From Chamaesiphon sp. (GTDB lineage Bacteria; Cyanobacteriota; Cyanobacteriia; Cyanobacteriales; Chamaesiphonaceae): DNA of 64,000 nt. Within the stretch, counting starts at the first letter, position 1, and every line of letters starts with the position of its first letter. The notes below the pieces were generated by a model that searched no databases, had not been told where the DNA came from, and saw only the letters and a list, made by a program, of their open reading frames with translations. Both the position numbers and the translations under genes were made by a program. Of this stretch, positions 63,304 to 64,000 are shown in pieces. The stretch spans positions 32,001 through 96,000 of the forward strand of contig CBDFFH010000022.1 of assembly GCA_965246715.1 (NCBI GenBank), given 5' to 3'.

Positions 63304-63404
63304 CTCAAGACAGTATCTACCGATGTTTTCAGCGATGTTTAGATCGCCGATCGTACTTGCATTCAGCAACGCTCGTAATTTCTCAATCTGAATACTCGAT
63401 CGTG

Positions 63405-63824
63405 TTAATAATTGCGGGTGGTGGAAGAACAAGCCAATGTTTCTGTACTACTGTTGTTGGCGATAATAGCTGATGCTTTCGCTTCATTTTTGGTATCGAT
63501 TAAATACATATTTTTGCGGTACTTGATGAGTGACTGTCCGCGTAACCCACTGCTCAGAAAGCGATATCCTTGGTCGATCGCTTGATATTTACCATTTTCA
63601 TCTTTGGCAGTATAGTAACCATTGGCTCTGAGCGAGATTTCTCCCGTTGCCGTAGTCTTGCTGCCGCATTGAAACTTGCCGATGATATTACTGCCAGTTG
63701 GTAGACTGGGTGTTGCTTGTGGACTCGTGGTTGGCTGGGGCTGCTGCGATCGGGCGGAAACAGTGACAAGACTAGCTAAAATCGTTAGCAAGCTAGCAGA
63801 TGCAATGGAGATCGATTTATTCAT
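63405..63824 (-). CDS. Hypothetical secreted protein
   Basis: Signal peptide, P/T linker, small two-Cys domain. Confidence 0.7.
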   Translation of the reverse strand: MNKSISIASASLLTILASLVTVSARSQQPQPTTSPQATPSLPTGSNIIGKFQCGSKTTATGEISLRANGYYTAKDENGKYQAIDQGYRFLSSGLRGQSLIKYRKNMYLIDTKNEAKASAIIANNSSTETLACSSTTRNY

Positions 63825-64000
63825 GTTGGTGTTAATCGGTTTGATGTGCTGTTAACAACCTGGCGTTGGCGTTGGTACGCACAAAGCTTACATATACGCG
63901 CAGCGAGCATAATATCGGCGGATATTTTTGCCTTCGACGAATGGGACGGCAATATCGAAAGTCCGCATTCAGCCATGCGGCAAAGGCGACGCTACACGAT

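Larger units (their letters stand above)
62056..63318 (+). mobile_element. IS110-family insertion sequence (IS621-like, CT core)
   Basis: CT at 62054-55 and 63317-18; left end TGTATCC.., right end ..ACAGTAT-CT; no terminal IRs; long non-coding left end. Confidence 0.93.
61917..63373. mobile_element. MITE of the same family as 57413-57545 (inverted), interrupted by a mini-element and an IS110
   Basis: 61917-62055 minus the insert matches the reverse complement of the 57.4 kb MITE; right TIR ATTCAGCAACGC at 63361-63372. Confidence 0.85.

Noticed and set aside
1..64000. CRISPR array, tRNA or rRNA genes
   Set aside because: No regularly spaced repeat-spacer array and no recognisable structural RNA gene seen; the long repeats are intragenic coding repeats.
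1..64000. Very frequent CGATCG / GCGATCGC / TCGATCGA
   Set aside because: HIP1-like genome-wide cyanobacterial signature, not a local feature.
63830..64000. Open minus-strand frame running off the window end
   Set aside because: Could be the 3' end of a gene, but it is too short to identify.

Overview
Cyanobacterial chromosomal DNA, probably Chamaesiphon-like (inferred from dense CGATCG/HIP1-like sites and VPEP-type PEP-CTERM tails). From left to right: (1) the 3' part of a giant RTX/RHS-YD/VWD/cadherin/Calx-beta secreted protein that starts upstream of the window; (2) housekeeping and hypothetical genes (PEP-CTERM, DUF456, YggT, apt, DUF3038, TPR) with a small MITE; (3) a ~38 kb exopolysaccharide locus (14.8-53 kb) with amino-sugar pathway enzymes, an N-formyltransferase, four methyltransferases, many glycosyltransferases, glf, an ABC flippase, Wzy, Wzc, an lhgO remnant and a large DUF4347/DUF4082/dimethylformamidase-like protein; (4) DUF561, DUF2993, pentapeptide, TPR, ROK, egtB and PEP-CTERM genes; (5) a nested mobile-element complex at 61.9-63.4 kb. 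In that complex an intact IS110 element sits at a CT core inside a REP-like palindrome carried by a MITE. Its bridge-RNA guides, donor junction (ACAGTATCTTGTAT) and circle-formed promoter can be read from the sequence. The most unusual observations are two ~48-bp CT-flanked hairpin mini-elements inserted in palindrome loops, and an RHS protein whose small cargo lies between two autocleavage motifs (DPSG-L and GD-PH). All family assignments come from motif recognition, not database searches.
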